Of a stretch of DNA of 49,883 bases, positions 39,528-49,006 are shown in pieces (positions within the stretch are counted from its first letter, which is position 1; every line of letters starts with the position of its first letter). Made by a program: the position numbers and the translations under genes. This stretch comes from Bacteroidia bacterium. GTDB taxonomy: Bacteria > Bacteroidota > Bacteroidia > UBA4408. A model generated the notes under the pieces. The model made no database searches. It saw nothing but the letters and a program-made list of their open reading frames with translations, and was not told the origin of the DNA. The stretch covers positions 1 to 49,883 of the forward strand of contig JBIICS010000003.1 in the NCBI GenBank assembly GCA_044238735.1, in the 5' to 3' direction.

Positions 39528-40721
39528 GTGTTTAAGGTTTGCAAATCAAATACATTTATTAAAGGCTATTTTACAGGTAAATATAGCCTAAATGTATTTT
39601 CAAGTGCACTTGAATTACCCAAGCAGTGGGATACGATTTGTGAACAGCAACCGCATTTAAATTCTAAAGCCTTACTTGCATTAGAAAGTGCTAATTTAAG
39701 CGATCTTGAATTTTGTTATCTGATGCTCTATTCAGGTGATGTTGTGGTAGCAGTATTTTATTTTCAGATCCTAACGCTACGAAATTACCATTACAAAGAA
39801 TTCCAATCAAACAAAAATAAAATAATACGTCATGTCGAGCAAAGTATACTGGAAAAAAACAACAAGATATGGATATGTGGAAATCTTTTTAAAACAGACT
39901 TTAAAGGATTTATCGTAAAAGACGATTTAAAAAATACGAGTGAAATTGTTGATGAAATAAAAAACTTTTTTAAAATCAGAACAATTAAGGAAAAACCAAA
40001 TTTACTTTTATTTAAAGATGTTCCTTTAAACGATCGTATAAATGATGATTTTAAACGTTTAAAATTTAAACATACAGAAGAAGATGTCGTTTTAAAAATG
40101 GAAATACCTCATGAATGGAATTCAATTGAAGACTATAAAAAATTGTTATCTAAAAAATATTTAGCACGATACAATAAAATACACCATGAACTTAATCCTG
40201 TAATTAAAAAAGAACTTTCAATAAAAGAAATTGAAGAATATGGCGACACCATTATTTCATTATATAACCAGGTTTTAAAAAGACAAAGCATTCGATTAGG
40301 TATACTGAATCTTAATTATTTTATTAATTGTAAAAAGTATCATAATGATTCCTTTAAATTTTACGGCTATTTTCTAGAGGGAGTAATGGTAGGTTTCACA
40401 TCCAACTTTATTAAAAACGGAGAGTGGGAAATCCATTATATAGGATTTGATTACGAGATAAACCAAAAACACAAACTTTATCTTAACTTTTTATTTAACG
40501 GTTTAAATGAAGCAATACTTCATAAATGTTTTAAATTAAATTTAGGCAGAACTGCAAGAGAAGCTAAAGCGAGTTTAGGAGCAAAGCCGGTTTATTATTC
40601 CAACTACTTTAAATTAAGAGGAGCGGCAACAAAAGTGCTTTTTAATTTTCTAGAAAGTAAGTTTAAGGAGTCTGAAGGTGATGAATGGAAAGTACGATAT
40701 CCATTTAAGGTGAAAATTTGA
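39528..40721 (+). CDS. GNAT/FemAB-like fold putative acyltransferase (start uncertain)
   Basis: C-terminal HYIGFDYEIN..LYLNFL...LNLGRTAREAKASLGA.P pattern typical of FemAB-like double-GNAT proteins. Confidence 0.6.
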   Translation: MFKVCKSNTFIKGYFTGKYSLNVFSSALELPKQWDTICEQQPHLNSKALLALESANLSDLEFCYLMLYSGDVVVAVFYFQILTLRNYHYKEFQSNKNKIIRHVEQSILEKNNKIWICGNLFKTDFKGFIVKDDLKNTSEIVDEIKNFFKIRTIKEKPNLLLFKDVPLNDRINDDFKRLKFKHTEEDVVLKMEIPHEWNSIEDYKKLLSKKYLARYNKIHHELNPVIKKELSIKEIEEYGDTIISLYNQVLKRQSIRLGILNLNYFINCKKYHNDSFKFYGYFLEGVMVGFTSNFIKNGEWEIHYIGFDYEINQKHKLYLNFLFNGLNEAILHKCFKLNLGRTAREAKASLGAKPVYYSNYFKLRGAATKVLFNFLESKFKESEGDEWKVRYPFKVKI

Positions 40722-41012
40722 GACAAAAAATAGCCTCAACTAAATCATTATTAATTCTATAAATAATCCAATTAGCCCGAAGCAATTAAGAGAAAATATA
40801 AATTATGAAAAAGAACCAATACATAATTTATATCAATAAGTTTAACACCTATACTATTGCCTCTAAATACAACTTTTGGTTGCGCTAGTTTTAACTTTGA
40901 TGCTTAGTTCTTAATAAATTATAAATCATCTGTGGATAACTACTCAACTAAAAATAAAACATTAAAAGCTTAATTTAAGAATATTTATCTTAATAAAATT
41001 TTTTTAATTAAT

Positions 41013-41390
41013 TTACAGTTTTAATAACCCTTTGCTATGATTCTTACGAAGTGTTGAATAGGTCCAGATTGCGCCTATCAGATCTACACTTCCTATTAAT
41101 GCCAGCATTAAGGATTGTTGAAATAACAAAACAAAAGCGAGTGTAACCACAAAGAAAAAAATTCGTCCGTAGATGGTTGCTTTAAAAAAAGCCTCTTGCT
41201 TATGGAGCGAAGAGTAAAAATAGTAGAATCCGGTTGTAAACGTAAAAAGACCCAAAACTCGAATCCATATTTCTTTGGTTTCAGCGAAACCAAAAATACT
41301 CAATAAAAAATTTGGCATAATCATCATACCTGAACCCATCAGGAAAAGGTAAAAACTATATGTACGGATTGTAATAATTGTTCTGCGCAT
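41013..41390 (-). CDS. Small hypothetical 4-TM membrane protein
   Basis: 125 aa with four hydrophobic segments; 2 nt downstream of the SDR stop. Confidence 0.75.
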   Translation of the reverse strand: MRRTIITIRTYSFYLFLMGSGMMIMPNFLLSIFGFAETKEIWIRVLGLFTFTTGFYYFYSSLHKQEAFFKATIYGRIFFFVVTLAFVLLFQQSLMLALIGSVDLIGAIWTYSTLRKNHSKGLLKL

Positions 41391-41392
41391 AC

Positions 41393-42172
41393 TTATCTAG
41401 CTTTATCCTGCATCTTGCGCGTTGTTTTTACGACTATCGACCTTGGAATAAGTCGAACAGAGTTTGCCAACAACCAGTTTATTGTTCCATGAATAGCAAT
41501 TGACTTACCTCTCATCATAGAAACATAACCATACTCAGCAACTTCTTTGGCGCTGGGTAACTTTTTACCTTTTACCAAATTACTCTCCTCCATAGCGGCA
41601 GCTGCTTGGAAGCCACTTTCTGTAGCACCCGGACATAAAGTAGTAATGGTAACACCTTTATCGCTCACTTCATTATTTACGGCTTCAGAAAAACTTAGCA
41701 CATACGCTTTGGTTGCATAATAAACAGCCATGGTAGGGCCCGATTGAAATGCAGCCGTAGATGCAACATTCATTATTTTTCCGCTGCGGCGTTTCACCAT
41801 ATCCTGAAGATAAAGTTTTGTAAACTGTGTTAAAGTGGTAATATTTAAATTAATCATTTGCAACTCCTTGTTCCAATCCGTTTCTACAAACATTCCAAAA
41901 TCGCCAAAACCGGCATTGTTAATTAAATAATCAACTTGAATGTTTAGCTTCGTTGTTTCATTATAAACCTCTAAGGCAGCGTTATGAGCTGATAGATCTT
42001 TTTCTATAATATACACTTTTACTTTAAATTCTTTTTCTAACTGCACTTTAAGCTCATTCAATTTAGACTTATTTCTTGCTACCAGAACTAAATCACCACC
42101 TCTAGAAGCGTGAATTTTAGCTAATTCCAATCCTATTCCGTTGGATGATCCTGTAATTAATGCTGTTGACAT
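41393..42172 (-). CDS. Classical SDR family oxidoreductase
   Basis: TGSSNGIG, NNAGFG, catalytic YYATK, TLCPG. Confidence 0.93.
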   Translation of the reverse strand: MSTALITGSSNGIGLELAKIHASRGGDLVLVARNKSKLNELKVQLEKEFKVKVYIIEKDLSAHNAALEVYNETTKLNIQVDYLINNAGFGDFGMFVETDWNKELQMINLNITTLTQFTKLYLQDMVKRRSGKIMNVASTAAFQSGPTMAVYYATKAYVLSFSEAVNNEVSDKGVTITTLCPGATESGFQAAAAMEESNLVKGKKLPSAKEVAEYGYVSMMRGKSIAIHGTINWLLANSVRLIPRSIVVKTTRKMQDKAR

Positions 42173-42216
42173 AGTTTATAATTTATTTTTATGAAGCAAA
42201 TATCTTTTATATTTAT

Positions 42217-42244
42217 CAAACATACAACATTAGAGTGTACTCTA
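42217..42244 (-). promoter_or_regulatory. -7 element with adjacent palindrome (candidate operator) upstream of the SDR gene pair
   Basis: Minus strand TATGTTTG at 42217-42224; TAGAGT-gt-ACTCTA at 42231-42244. Confidence 0.45.
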
Positions 42245-42483
42245 TTCTTTATATTTTTTTATAAAAAATATAAAAATTTTAATTTTTTAATAAAATGACA
42301 GGAAATACAATTATGCATTAAGGCATTTTTAACATGATTTATAAGAAGGTTTGAGATAAAATGATTTTATATTTTATCGTTTTTGATAATTCTATTGTAC
42401 AAAAAAATATTTAAGGCTACAAATTAATTTATTTGCATGCATCATATAGCTCAAGAATCATAGCTAAAGATTTTTTTAAATCT

Positions 42484-43155
42484 TTAAAAGAACTTGTTGT
42501 GGCCAAATAGAAATCTAAAAAAAATAAATCCGATTAAGCCTTCCAAAAAAGGCACAACTAATAACAAGAAAAAGCTCGGGTAGAAAACACCAAAGAATAT
42601 AATTGAAAGAACTATCAGTAAGCCCAGATATATCCAATAAGCATCATCGGAAATTGATAAATTTTGCTTTTTATATTCATACTCGTTTATCACTATAGAA
42701 AAGAATGACTCTATATCCCAAATTATTAAAAACAGGGAAGCCATTAACATTAATCCCGTTATAATTGGGGTTCCTTCAAAACCAAAGGTTACTGTAATAA
42801 TAAATATATTAAGTATTATTACAAAATAAAGAAGGGCTCCTAATTTAGAAAAACGTTGTGTTATTAAAAGGATACCACTTGTTAACTGAACAATACCTAT
42901 AAAACTCCAATAAGTTTTGGTCTCTGCAAAAACTCTAAATAATAAAGCGGGTGGAGGTAGTTCGTCTAAAGAGATTTTATTTTGCATAGCACTAACACTT
43001 CCATACAAACCAAATTTATTCATTGTAAATGTAGAAATTACAAATGCACTGCCTATTAAATAACGGACGTATACCGTAAAAATCTGCATAAAATTTAATG
43101 CTCTTATTGTCCGCAATATATTCTCTATAGATCCGATAATTTTTAATTTATTCAT
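42484..43155 (-). CDS. DoxX-family membrane protein (Bacteroidota type)
   Basis: RYLIGSAF, YWSFIGIVQL..GILLITQRF..LGA, NIFIIT, GTPIITGLML, WD motifs; multiple TMs. Confidence 0.7.
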   Translation of the reverse strand: MNKLKIIGSIENILRTIRALNFMQIFTVYVRYLIGSAFVISTFTMNKFGLYGSVSAMQNKISLDELPPPALLFRVFAETKTYWSFIGIVQLTSGILLITQRFSKLGALLYFVIILNIFIITVTFGFEGTPIITGLMLMASLFLIIWDIESFFSIVINEYEYKKQNLSISDDAYWIYLGLLIVLSIIFFGVFYPSFFLLLVVPFLEGLIGFIFFRFLFGHNKFF

Positions 43156-43222
43156 ATTCTATATTTTATTAGGTTAAGTATTCTCATAAAGGTAGAGAAG
43201 AGAAAGAGATTTAACTAAATTG

Positions 43223-43768
43223 TTATGAAATCATAGAATAATACATTAAATCGATTAATTTACCATCACCCGTTTTAAAATCATTTCTTAGCAGACCTTC
43301 CAGAATAAAATTATTTTTTTCAGCGACCCTAATACTGGCCTTATTTTCGGGAGATATTCTCATGAAAATCCGGTTAAAACCCCACTCGTGAATACAACTC
43401 TTACAAAACAAAGAGATGGATTCCGACATGATTCCTTTTCGATGATAATTATGGTCCAGAAAAAAACCAATTTCACCCTTTGGCACTGCCCAATCAATAC
43501 GCATTAAAAAAATAGCCCCAATTATATTTTGCAATAAAGTGTCTTCAATTACATAAGTGAAGAATTCCTTTTGGATAGCCATCCGGGTTCTTGAAGCGAC
43601 ATGAGCTTTAGCAGATTCTAAATCCGCAACCGCTTCCGATGTTCGAGGAAAATAAAATTCGATGTGTTTACGATTATTTTCAATAAAACGATAGTATTCA
43701 GCAGCATCCTTAGCCTCTATTGGTCGAATTTTATAATGTTGAAAGTGTATTTGTAGATTATATTGCAA
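43223..43768 (-). CDS. RimJ/RimL-type GNAT N-acetyltransferase
   Basis: EIGFFLD..YHRKGIMSE, N.ASIRVAEKNNFILEG.LRND. Confidence 0.88.
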   Translation of the reverse strand: MQYNLQIHFQHYKIRPIEAKDAAEYYRFIENNRKHIEFYFPRTSEAVADLESAKAHVASRTRMAIQKEFFTYVIEDTLLQNIIGAIFLMRIDWAVPKGEIGFFLDHNYHRKGIMSESISLFCKSCIHEWGFNRIFMRISPENKASIRVAEKNNFILEGLLRNDFKTGDGKLIDLMYYSMIS

Positions 43769-43967
43769 TTTTTAAAGATTGATGATTTATTGCGATTATA
43801 TAAAATAAAAACCATATAAATTATACTAATTAAAAACTAAAAATCTTTTACTCACTTGTATTAGAACTGTTTATAGGTTTCTTTAGAAAAAGGCAGTTTT
43901 CTAATTAGATTTAATTAATCCCAACTTAAAGTTTAAACATAATAACCTATTAATTTGTTATATATAT

Positions 43968-44567
43968 ATGAAAACAACATTAATTATTATCGCTTCATTA
44001 TTAGTTATTATGGTAATTACCCAATCATATGTTTCTAGAAACACTACATTAACAGAACAACATGCTTACAAGGTTTTAAAGATTTACAAGCAGTTTGAGA
44101 TAAGAAAATACGAAGCTGCTCTATTTTCGAGTGTAAAAATGGCAAGTAACAGTTACAAAGAGACATCGAGTATAGGTTTTAGAGTTTTAGCCGGATATAT
44201 TTTTGGCGATAATAAGAAGAATGAAAAGATTGCCATGACTACCCCTGTTGTAATGGAGATGGGAGATTCTACTAAAATGCTATTTAAAGTCCCTGCCAAC
44301 TATGCGCTTAACGAACTTCCTCAACCCAATAACTCGGCAATTAATTTTGAAAAACAAGATGAAAAATTAATGGCTGCTATTCGTTTTGATGGATGGGCAA
44401 GCGATGAAAAAATAAAAAAATACACTGCAGTTTTAAAAGAGGCATTAGCCCAAGAAAAGATTAATCACAAAAATACTTTTAGTTATCTGGGATACAATCC
44501 GCCCTATGAAATATTTAACAGAAGAAACGAAATTGTAGTTGAATTAATGGAATTTAAATCAGAATAA
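43968..44567 (+). CDS. SOUL family heme-binding protein
   Basis: FEIRKY, GFRVLAGYIFGDN, KIAMTTPV, IRFDGW, YNPPY...RRNEI. Confidence 0.9.
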   Translation: MKTTLIIIASLLVIMVITQSYVSRNTTLTEQHAYKVLKIYKQFEIRKYEAALFSSVKMASNSYKETSSIGFRVLAGYIFGDNKKNEKIAMTTPVVMEMGDSTKMLFKVPANYALNELPQPNNSAINFEKQDEKLMAAIRFDGWASDEKIKKYTAVLKEALAQEKINHKNTFSYLGYNPPYEIFNRRNEIVVELMEFKSE

Positions 44568-44579
44568 CTTAAACGTTAT

Positions 44580-46052
44580 TTACAACTCATCAACCAATTT
44601 AATCATTATCTGTTCCATTTTACGTTTCATTTCGCCTGCTGAAATATCGTAGTTATTTACTATAAAGGAAAAAGAACGTAACTCGTTATTATTGTTGGTG
44701 TAATATCCACAATATGATCTTACGCCATTAATATAGCCACTTTTGGCTTTCAAGTTACCCTCCGCCTTTGTGCCTTTAAACATGGAGGCTATTGAACCCG
44801 ATTTACCAGCCAAGGGAAGTGATCCTATAAAACTTTGTGCTGAAGATTGTTTATTCATGTAATTTAGGAGTTGAACCTGCTGGGTTCCGGTAATTTTATT
44901 CATTGGAGATAATCCGCTTCCATCTGCTAGTTTTAATCCATCCGTATTTATTCCAATATTCTTTAAAAACTGTTCAACTGTTTTTAATCCGTCTGATTGA
45001 TTCCCTTGTTTGGAGACAATAAGTGAATTGAGTTTTAGCAGAGATTCGGCATACAGATTTGAACTTTTAATGTTAGTAAAATAAACTATTTTAGATAAGG
45101 TTGGTGAAACCAACGAATCAATTACATTGAATTTTCTCTCTTTGCGAATTCCTAAATTTCTTAATATCCTTGATGTTGTTGGCTCCCCACTCACCTTAAT
45201 ACCCGAAGCGGTTAATTTATTCTTTAATTGCTGCATCATAAACAGAGATGCATCGGGAATGGAACATTCAACCTTAAAAGATTCTTTTAGGGGAGGAATT
45301 GTTCCTCTTGCCACTCTTAAGTTTTGAAATTCGGCACCATAAAAATAGCAGTTATCCCCAGAACCCATTGGCCCTGTTGTTAGGTTGTTGATAATATTAA
45401 GACCCTCTACCTTAGGATCAATTTTAATAAGATAAGTTGAATCGCCAGGATTTTTACCCGATTTAAAATAAACCTCCACCTTATTATCGGCATAGTTAAG
45501 GGCTGTTGGGCCTGCTCCAAAGTAATTACCTATATCGGTCCACAACCAGTTAGGGGGTGTTGGTGCATCATCAAATAAATCAACATCGGCAATAATATTA
45601 CCATTAATCGATTTTATACCTTTTGATTTAACTTTTTCTACTATATTTTTTAAAACCTGGTCGGGAGCATTATCAGAAAAATTAACTGATCCTAGTGATG
45701 GATCGCCGGAGCCTAAAATTAACAAACTACCGTTTAAAACACTATCGGTTACAGTTCCCTGAATAGCTATATATGTTTTATAAGTATAGTTTTCACCCAT
45801 TAGCTGTAATGCGCAAGCCGTTGTAAGTGTTTTAAGAGTACTAGCGGGAGTTAAGGATAAATTTGGGTTATACGCAAAAATTACTTTTTCGGATTTTACA
45901 TCCGCTACCACCAATTCAAAAGAGGAGTGTTTTAAAGCAACATCGTTTTTAAATTTATCAAACTCGGTTTCGAAATTAGTTTTAGTTTGGCCCTTTATTT
46001 CAGAAACAGCCAATAAGGTTAATACCAAAAATATATAAAACGTTTTAGCCAT
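44580..46052 (-). CDS. dacB: D-alanyl-D-alanine carboxypeptidase/endopeptidase (PBP4, peptidase S13)
   Basis: PASTLK (SxxK), GSGDPSL, SSNLYAE (SxN), DGSGLS, AKSGY (KS/TG). Confidence 0.93.
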   Translation of the reverse strand: MAKTFYIFLVLTLLAVSEIKGQTKTNFETEFDKFKNDVALKHSSFELVVADVKSEKVIFAYNPNLSLTPASTLKTLTTACALQLMGENYTYKTYIAIQGTVTDSVLNGSLLILGSGDPSLGSVNFSDNAPDQVLKNIVEKVKSKGIKSINGNIIADVDLFDDAPTPPNWLWTDIGNYFGAGPTALNYADNKVEVYFKSGKNPGDSTYLIKIDPKVEGLNIINNLTTGPMGSGDNCYFYGAEFQNLRVARGTIPPLKESFKVECSIPDASLFMMQQLKNKLTASGIKVSGEPTTSRILRNLGIRKERKFNVIDSLVSPTLSKIVYFTNIKSSNLYAESLLKLNSLIVSKQGNQSDGLKTVEQFLKNIGINTDGLKLADGSGLSPMNKITGTQQVQLLNYMNKQSSAQSFIGSLPLAGKSGSIASMFKGTKAEGNLKAKSGYINGVRSYCGYYTNNNNELRSFSFIVNNYDISAGEMKRKMEQIMIKLVDEL

Positions 46053-46995
46053 TTAACGTAATGGATTCGTAATCACTTATCTTACTTAAATCTATTGTAG
46101 CGGCAAATTTACTGTCGTCTGGGCCACTCATCGGTTTAAATTTAGCACCCCAAATAAACTCGTTATGATGATAGGAAAAACGTGCATAAGTATGCTGAGA
46201 AAAAGTTTCATCAAACCCTTTAAACAAAACCATTAATTCCGCATCAGCTTCTTCCAGGTCATTCGCTTTTAATTGATACAAAGGCGATTTTTCATCTATA
46301 GGATGAACTATTGTCCAACTTAAAGAGAAAAAAACAATACGTTTAAACTCCAGAGAAAGATTAAAAAAGCGGCGTATTTTTTTATCTCCTTCACCCACCA
46401 TCATGGCTAAAATCAGCTCGGCCTCCGTTTCCATGAGCTGACTGTTATATTTATTAGCGATCCGAAACATAAGTGCATGACCCTCCTTGTATGGAACAAT
46501 TAAAACATTTTTACTTTTTAGTAAACGAGCTTTAGGCCTGGAAAATCTTCCATACATAATACCGGTAGCTAAGGCAAAACCAAGCAAACCTAGCATAGCC
46601 TCAATGGCAGCCAATAGATTAGCCGAAAAACTAATGGGGGCTACTCTTCCGTATCCAACGGTTGATAAGGTTTGAGCACTAAAGAAAAAAGATTCGATAA
46701 ATGTTTGGATAAAAGACAAATCGGATGAAAAACCGAGACATTCCGGACCAATAAAAGCATATAAAAAGGCGAAAAATGAATTTGCAATAATAAAACCTAT
46801 AGTTACAATCACAAAAAATTTAATCCAGCTAATGGTAATTAAATATTGAAACAAACTGTGTTTTTCAAAAATATTTTGACCTATCCGTTGAATATTAAAA
46901 GTGCCATCTTCAGATAAAATCTTTTGACGCCTTGTACCAAAGCGATTTCCAAAACCCAGGTTATTATCATTATTTTGATTATTTCGTATGGCCAT
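46045..46995 (-). CDS. Inward-rectifier (KirBac-like) potassium channel
   Basis: FFFSAQTLSTVGYG selectivity filter; two TM helices; RFSRP, FRIAN, WTIVHPIDEKSPL cytoplasmic domain. Confidence 0.92.
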   Translation of the reverse strand: MAIRNNQNNDNNLGFGNRFGTRRQKILSEDGTFNIQRIGQNIFEKHSLFQYLITISWIKFFVIVTIGFIIANSFFAFLYAFIGPECLGFSSDLSFIQTFIESFFFSAQTLSTVGYGRVAPISFSANLLAAIEAMLGLLGFALATGIMYGRFSRPKARLLKSKNVLIVPYKEGHALMFRIANKYNSQLMETEAELILAMMVGEGDKKIRRFFNLSLEFKRIVFFSLSWTIVHPIDEKSPLYQLKANDLEEADAELMVLFKGFDETFSQHTYARFSYHHNEFIWGAKFKPMSGPDDSKFAATIDLSKISDYESITLNG

Positions 46996-47072
46996 ATATT
47001 AACACATAGGCGTTAAGTTATTCATTTAAACAACTCATTTATTATTGAATTTATTTTTTTTATTTGCTTTTA

Positions 47073-47591
47073 ATGTTAATAAGTAGAAACATTCGGATAT
47101 TTATTTTAATTGCTTCCATAGCCGGATTAAATGCCTGCAGAAGCAGTAAAAACGCTTCCAAATTATCAAAAAAAGAGAAATACGAATACTATTCACAAAA
47201 ATTGGGTTTTAGGGTAGATGAAAATAGTAATGAAAAACTAATGGAAAGTATAGTTTACTGGCTGGGCACACCCTATAAATTTTCGGGATGCGATAAAAAC
47301 GGGATTGATTGTTCGTGTTTAGTTAAAAATATATACAGCGAGGTATATAAAATAGAACTTAAAAGGAATTCGCTCGAGATTTTTGACGCCTGCAACATAA
47401 AATCAAAAGAAAAGCTTAAAGAAGGTGATTTAGTTTTTTTTAAAACCGAAGGAAACAAAATATCGCATATAGGTATCTACTTAAAAGACAACAAGTTTGT
47501 TCATGCTTCCACTAAAAAAGGAGTTATGATCAGCGATTTAAAAGAGCCTTATTTTGAGAAAACCTATTATAAGTGCGGAGAGACCAAATAA
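47073..47591 (+). CDS. NlpC/P60 (C40) peptidase lipoprotein
   Basis: Lipobox LNAC; GTPYKFSG..GIDCS, GDLVFF, HIGIY, FVHAS. Start set at ATG 47073 rather than TTG 47064. Confidence 0.92.
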   Translation: MLISRNIRIFILIASIAGLNACRSSKNASKLSKKEKYEYYSQKLGFRVDENSNEKLMESIVYWLGTPYKFSGCDKNGIDCSCLVKNIYSEVYKIELKRNSLEIFDACNIKSKEKLKEGDLVFFKTEGNKISHIGIYLKDNKFVHASTKKGVMISDLKEPYFEKTYYKCGETK

Positions 47592-47609
47592 ATTTTAAAT
47601 ATTTTTTAT

Positions 47610-47617
47610 TAATTTTG
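47610..47617 (+). promoter_or_regulatory. -7 promoter element upstream of the leader ORF and metal-uptake locus
   Basis: TAATTTTG followed by an A-rich leader. Confidence 0.65.
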
Positions 47618-47636
47618 CATACGCAAAGTATAAAAA

Positions 47637-48011
47637 ATTATTAAAAAGATAATCTCTATAATTCTGGCTTTTACTTTTCTGATAATTTTTTCGGGAAGTT
47701 CACTTATTGTTTTTAATTACAATCTTAACAAAACTGAAATAATTGAGAACTATTGTATTAATAAGAACAAACCCGAGCTATGTTGCGAAGGTAAGTGCCA
47801 CCTCGAAAAACAACTAAGTAAGCAGGAATCAACAGAAAAAAATAATCCGTTCCAAAACATTAAAGAAAATTTCGAGTTTACTTCACTCATTGAGGATTAT
47901 CAAATAAGTTTAAAATTATTTCCAGTAATTAAGAATACATTCTTTCAGCACATTAATCAAAAAGGGTTAAATTTTTACAATACCATTTTTAAACCTCCGG
48001 TTTTAGCTTAG
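47637..48011 (+). CDS. Unannotated Cys-motif membrane leader protein (no canonical start codon; ATT start inferred)
   Basis: Hand translation between stops at 47631-47633 and 48009-48011: IIKKIISIILAFTFLIIFSGSSLIVFNYNLNKTEIIENYCINKNKPELCCEGKCHLEKQL...NTIFKPPVLA*. No in-frame ATG/GTG/TTG, which explains its absence from the ORF track. Confidence 0.8.
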   Translation: MIKKIISIILAFTFLIIFSGSSLIVFNYNLNKTEIIENYCINKNKPELCCEGKCHLEKQLSKQESTEKNNPFQNIKENFEFTSLIEDYQISLKLFPVIKNTFFQHINQKGLNFYNTIFKPPVLA

Positions 48012-48084
48012 TTATCACCTTTTTACTAAGCAAAACTTTTCTGATTATTCGGGAAGGTGCTATTTACTCAAAAAATTTCTTACT

Positions 48085-49005
48085 ATGAAAAAATTAACAG
48101 GCTTATTGGCCTTTTTTATCTTTTCCGGTAGTAATGTATTTGCACAATGTAATTGTTCTTCATCGGGTTCAGCCTGCAGTTTTTTAACAAATGGTATGGA
48201 AGACCTAAACAATAAGTACAAATTTGATGTTGGAATAATTACAGAATACCGGAGATTTGAACACGATCACACACATAACCATCATCATTCGGGAGATGCT
48301 ATGCATAATCACAGTGGGGATATTAGCATTTCTAACCTCAATGTTTCGCAATTAACTTTGCTTTACAAAGCAAACAAACAGATTGTTCTAAATGCAAATT
48401 TTCCATATCTAATTTCGCAAACAACTAACGGAGAGCAGTTAACCTCTATAGGTGATGTTATGTTTAACGCAATATATAAGCCCATTAAAAACAACGGTTT
48501 AAGTATAATTGCAGGTGTTAAATTTCCCACTGGGAAAAATTTAAACTTACCTAACCAGAATATCAGTATTATGGGAACCGGAAGCTTCGATCCTATTATA
48601 GGTATTAGATTTAACAGGAATATTAAAAAATGGCTTATAAATAATCAGGCATTTTTTAAATACACTACGAAGGGTTTTGACAACATAAACTACGGCGTAT
48701 TTAATTTTGTTCAAGGACTAATTGGCTATTCTATTTTAAATACGTACAAAGATTCTGCACAAAAAATTACTTCCATGTCCATTCACTTTGGTTTTAACCA
48801 CGAATACTATGGTAAACAGCATGTAGGAAATGTTTATAATGGGAACTCTGGAGGAAATGCCTTATTTATTCCTGTTTTACTAAACTATACAGTTAACAGA
48901 TTTGATTTCGGATTTACGTATAGTCACCCTCTTTATCAATTCTATTTCGGAGAACAAAACAAACAACTAAACAGATTTAAAATTAACCTTAATTACAAAT
49001 TATAA
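48085..49005 (+). CDS. His-rich outer-membrane 'transporter' family (Phenol_MetA_deg-like) barrel
   Basis: Signal peptide; N-terminal CNC...C; HDHTHNHHH..H.H tract; SIGDV, AGVKFPTG and GTGSFD motifs; ends INLNYKL. Confidence 0.7.
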   Translation: MKKLTGLLAFFIFSGSNVFAQCNCSSSGSACSFLTNGMEDLNNKYKFDVGIITEYRRFEHDHTHNHHHSGDAMHNHSGDISISNLNVSQLTLLYKANKQIVLNANFPYLISQTTNGEQLTSIGDVMFNAIYKPIKNNGLSIIAGVKFPTGKNLNLPNQNISIMGTGSFDPIIGIRFNRNIKKWLINNQAFFKYTTKGFDNINYGVFNFVQGLIGYSILNTYKDSAQKITSMSIHFGFNHEYYGKQHVGNVYNGNSGGNALFIPVLLNYTVNRFDFGFTYSHPLYQFYFGEQNKQLNRFKINLNYKL

Positions 49006-49006
49006 A

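Noticed and set aside
40805-40888. 27-aa small ORF (MKKNQY...FWLR)
   Set aside because: No motif, promoter or coupling supports it; such ORFs are expected by chance in AT-rich DNA.
40931-40939. Perfect DnaA box (TGTGGATAA), suggesting oriC
   Set aside because: It is a single copy, with no box cluster and no dnaA/gidA-type neighbours; one 9-mer in 50 kb is compatible with chance.
43931-43958. dif-like site (TTTAAACATAAT...)
   Set aside because: Only a loose XerD-arm resemblance; spacing and the XerC arm do not match.
9994-47458. Remaining short overlapping or antisense ORFs in the track (e.g. 9994, 11596-12495, 13607, 16994, 18678, 26727, 30504, 35776, 45127, 46487, 47273)
   Set aside because: All are nested in or opposite longer genes with clear family motifs and have no independent support.
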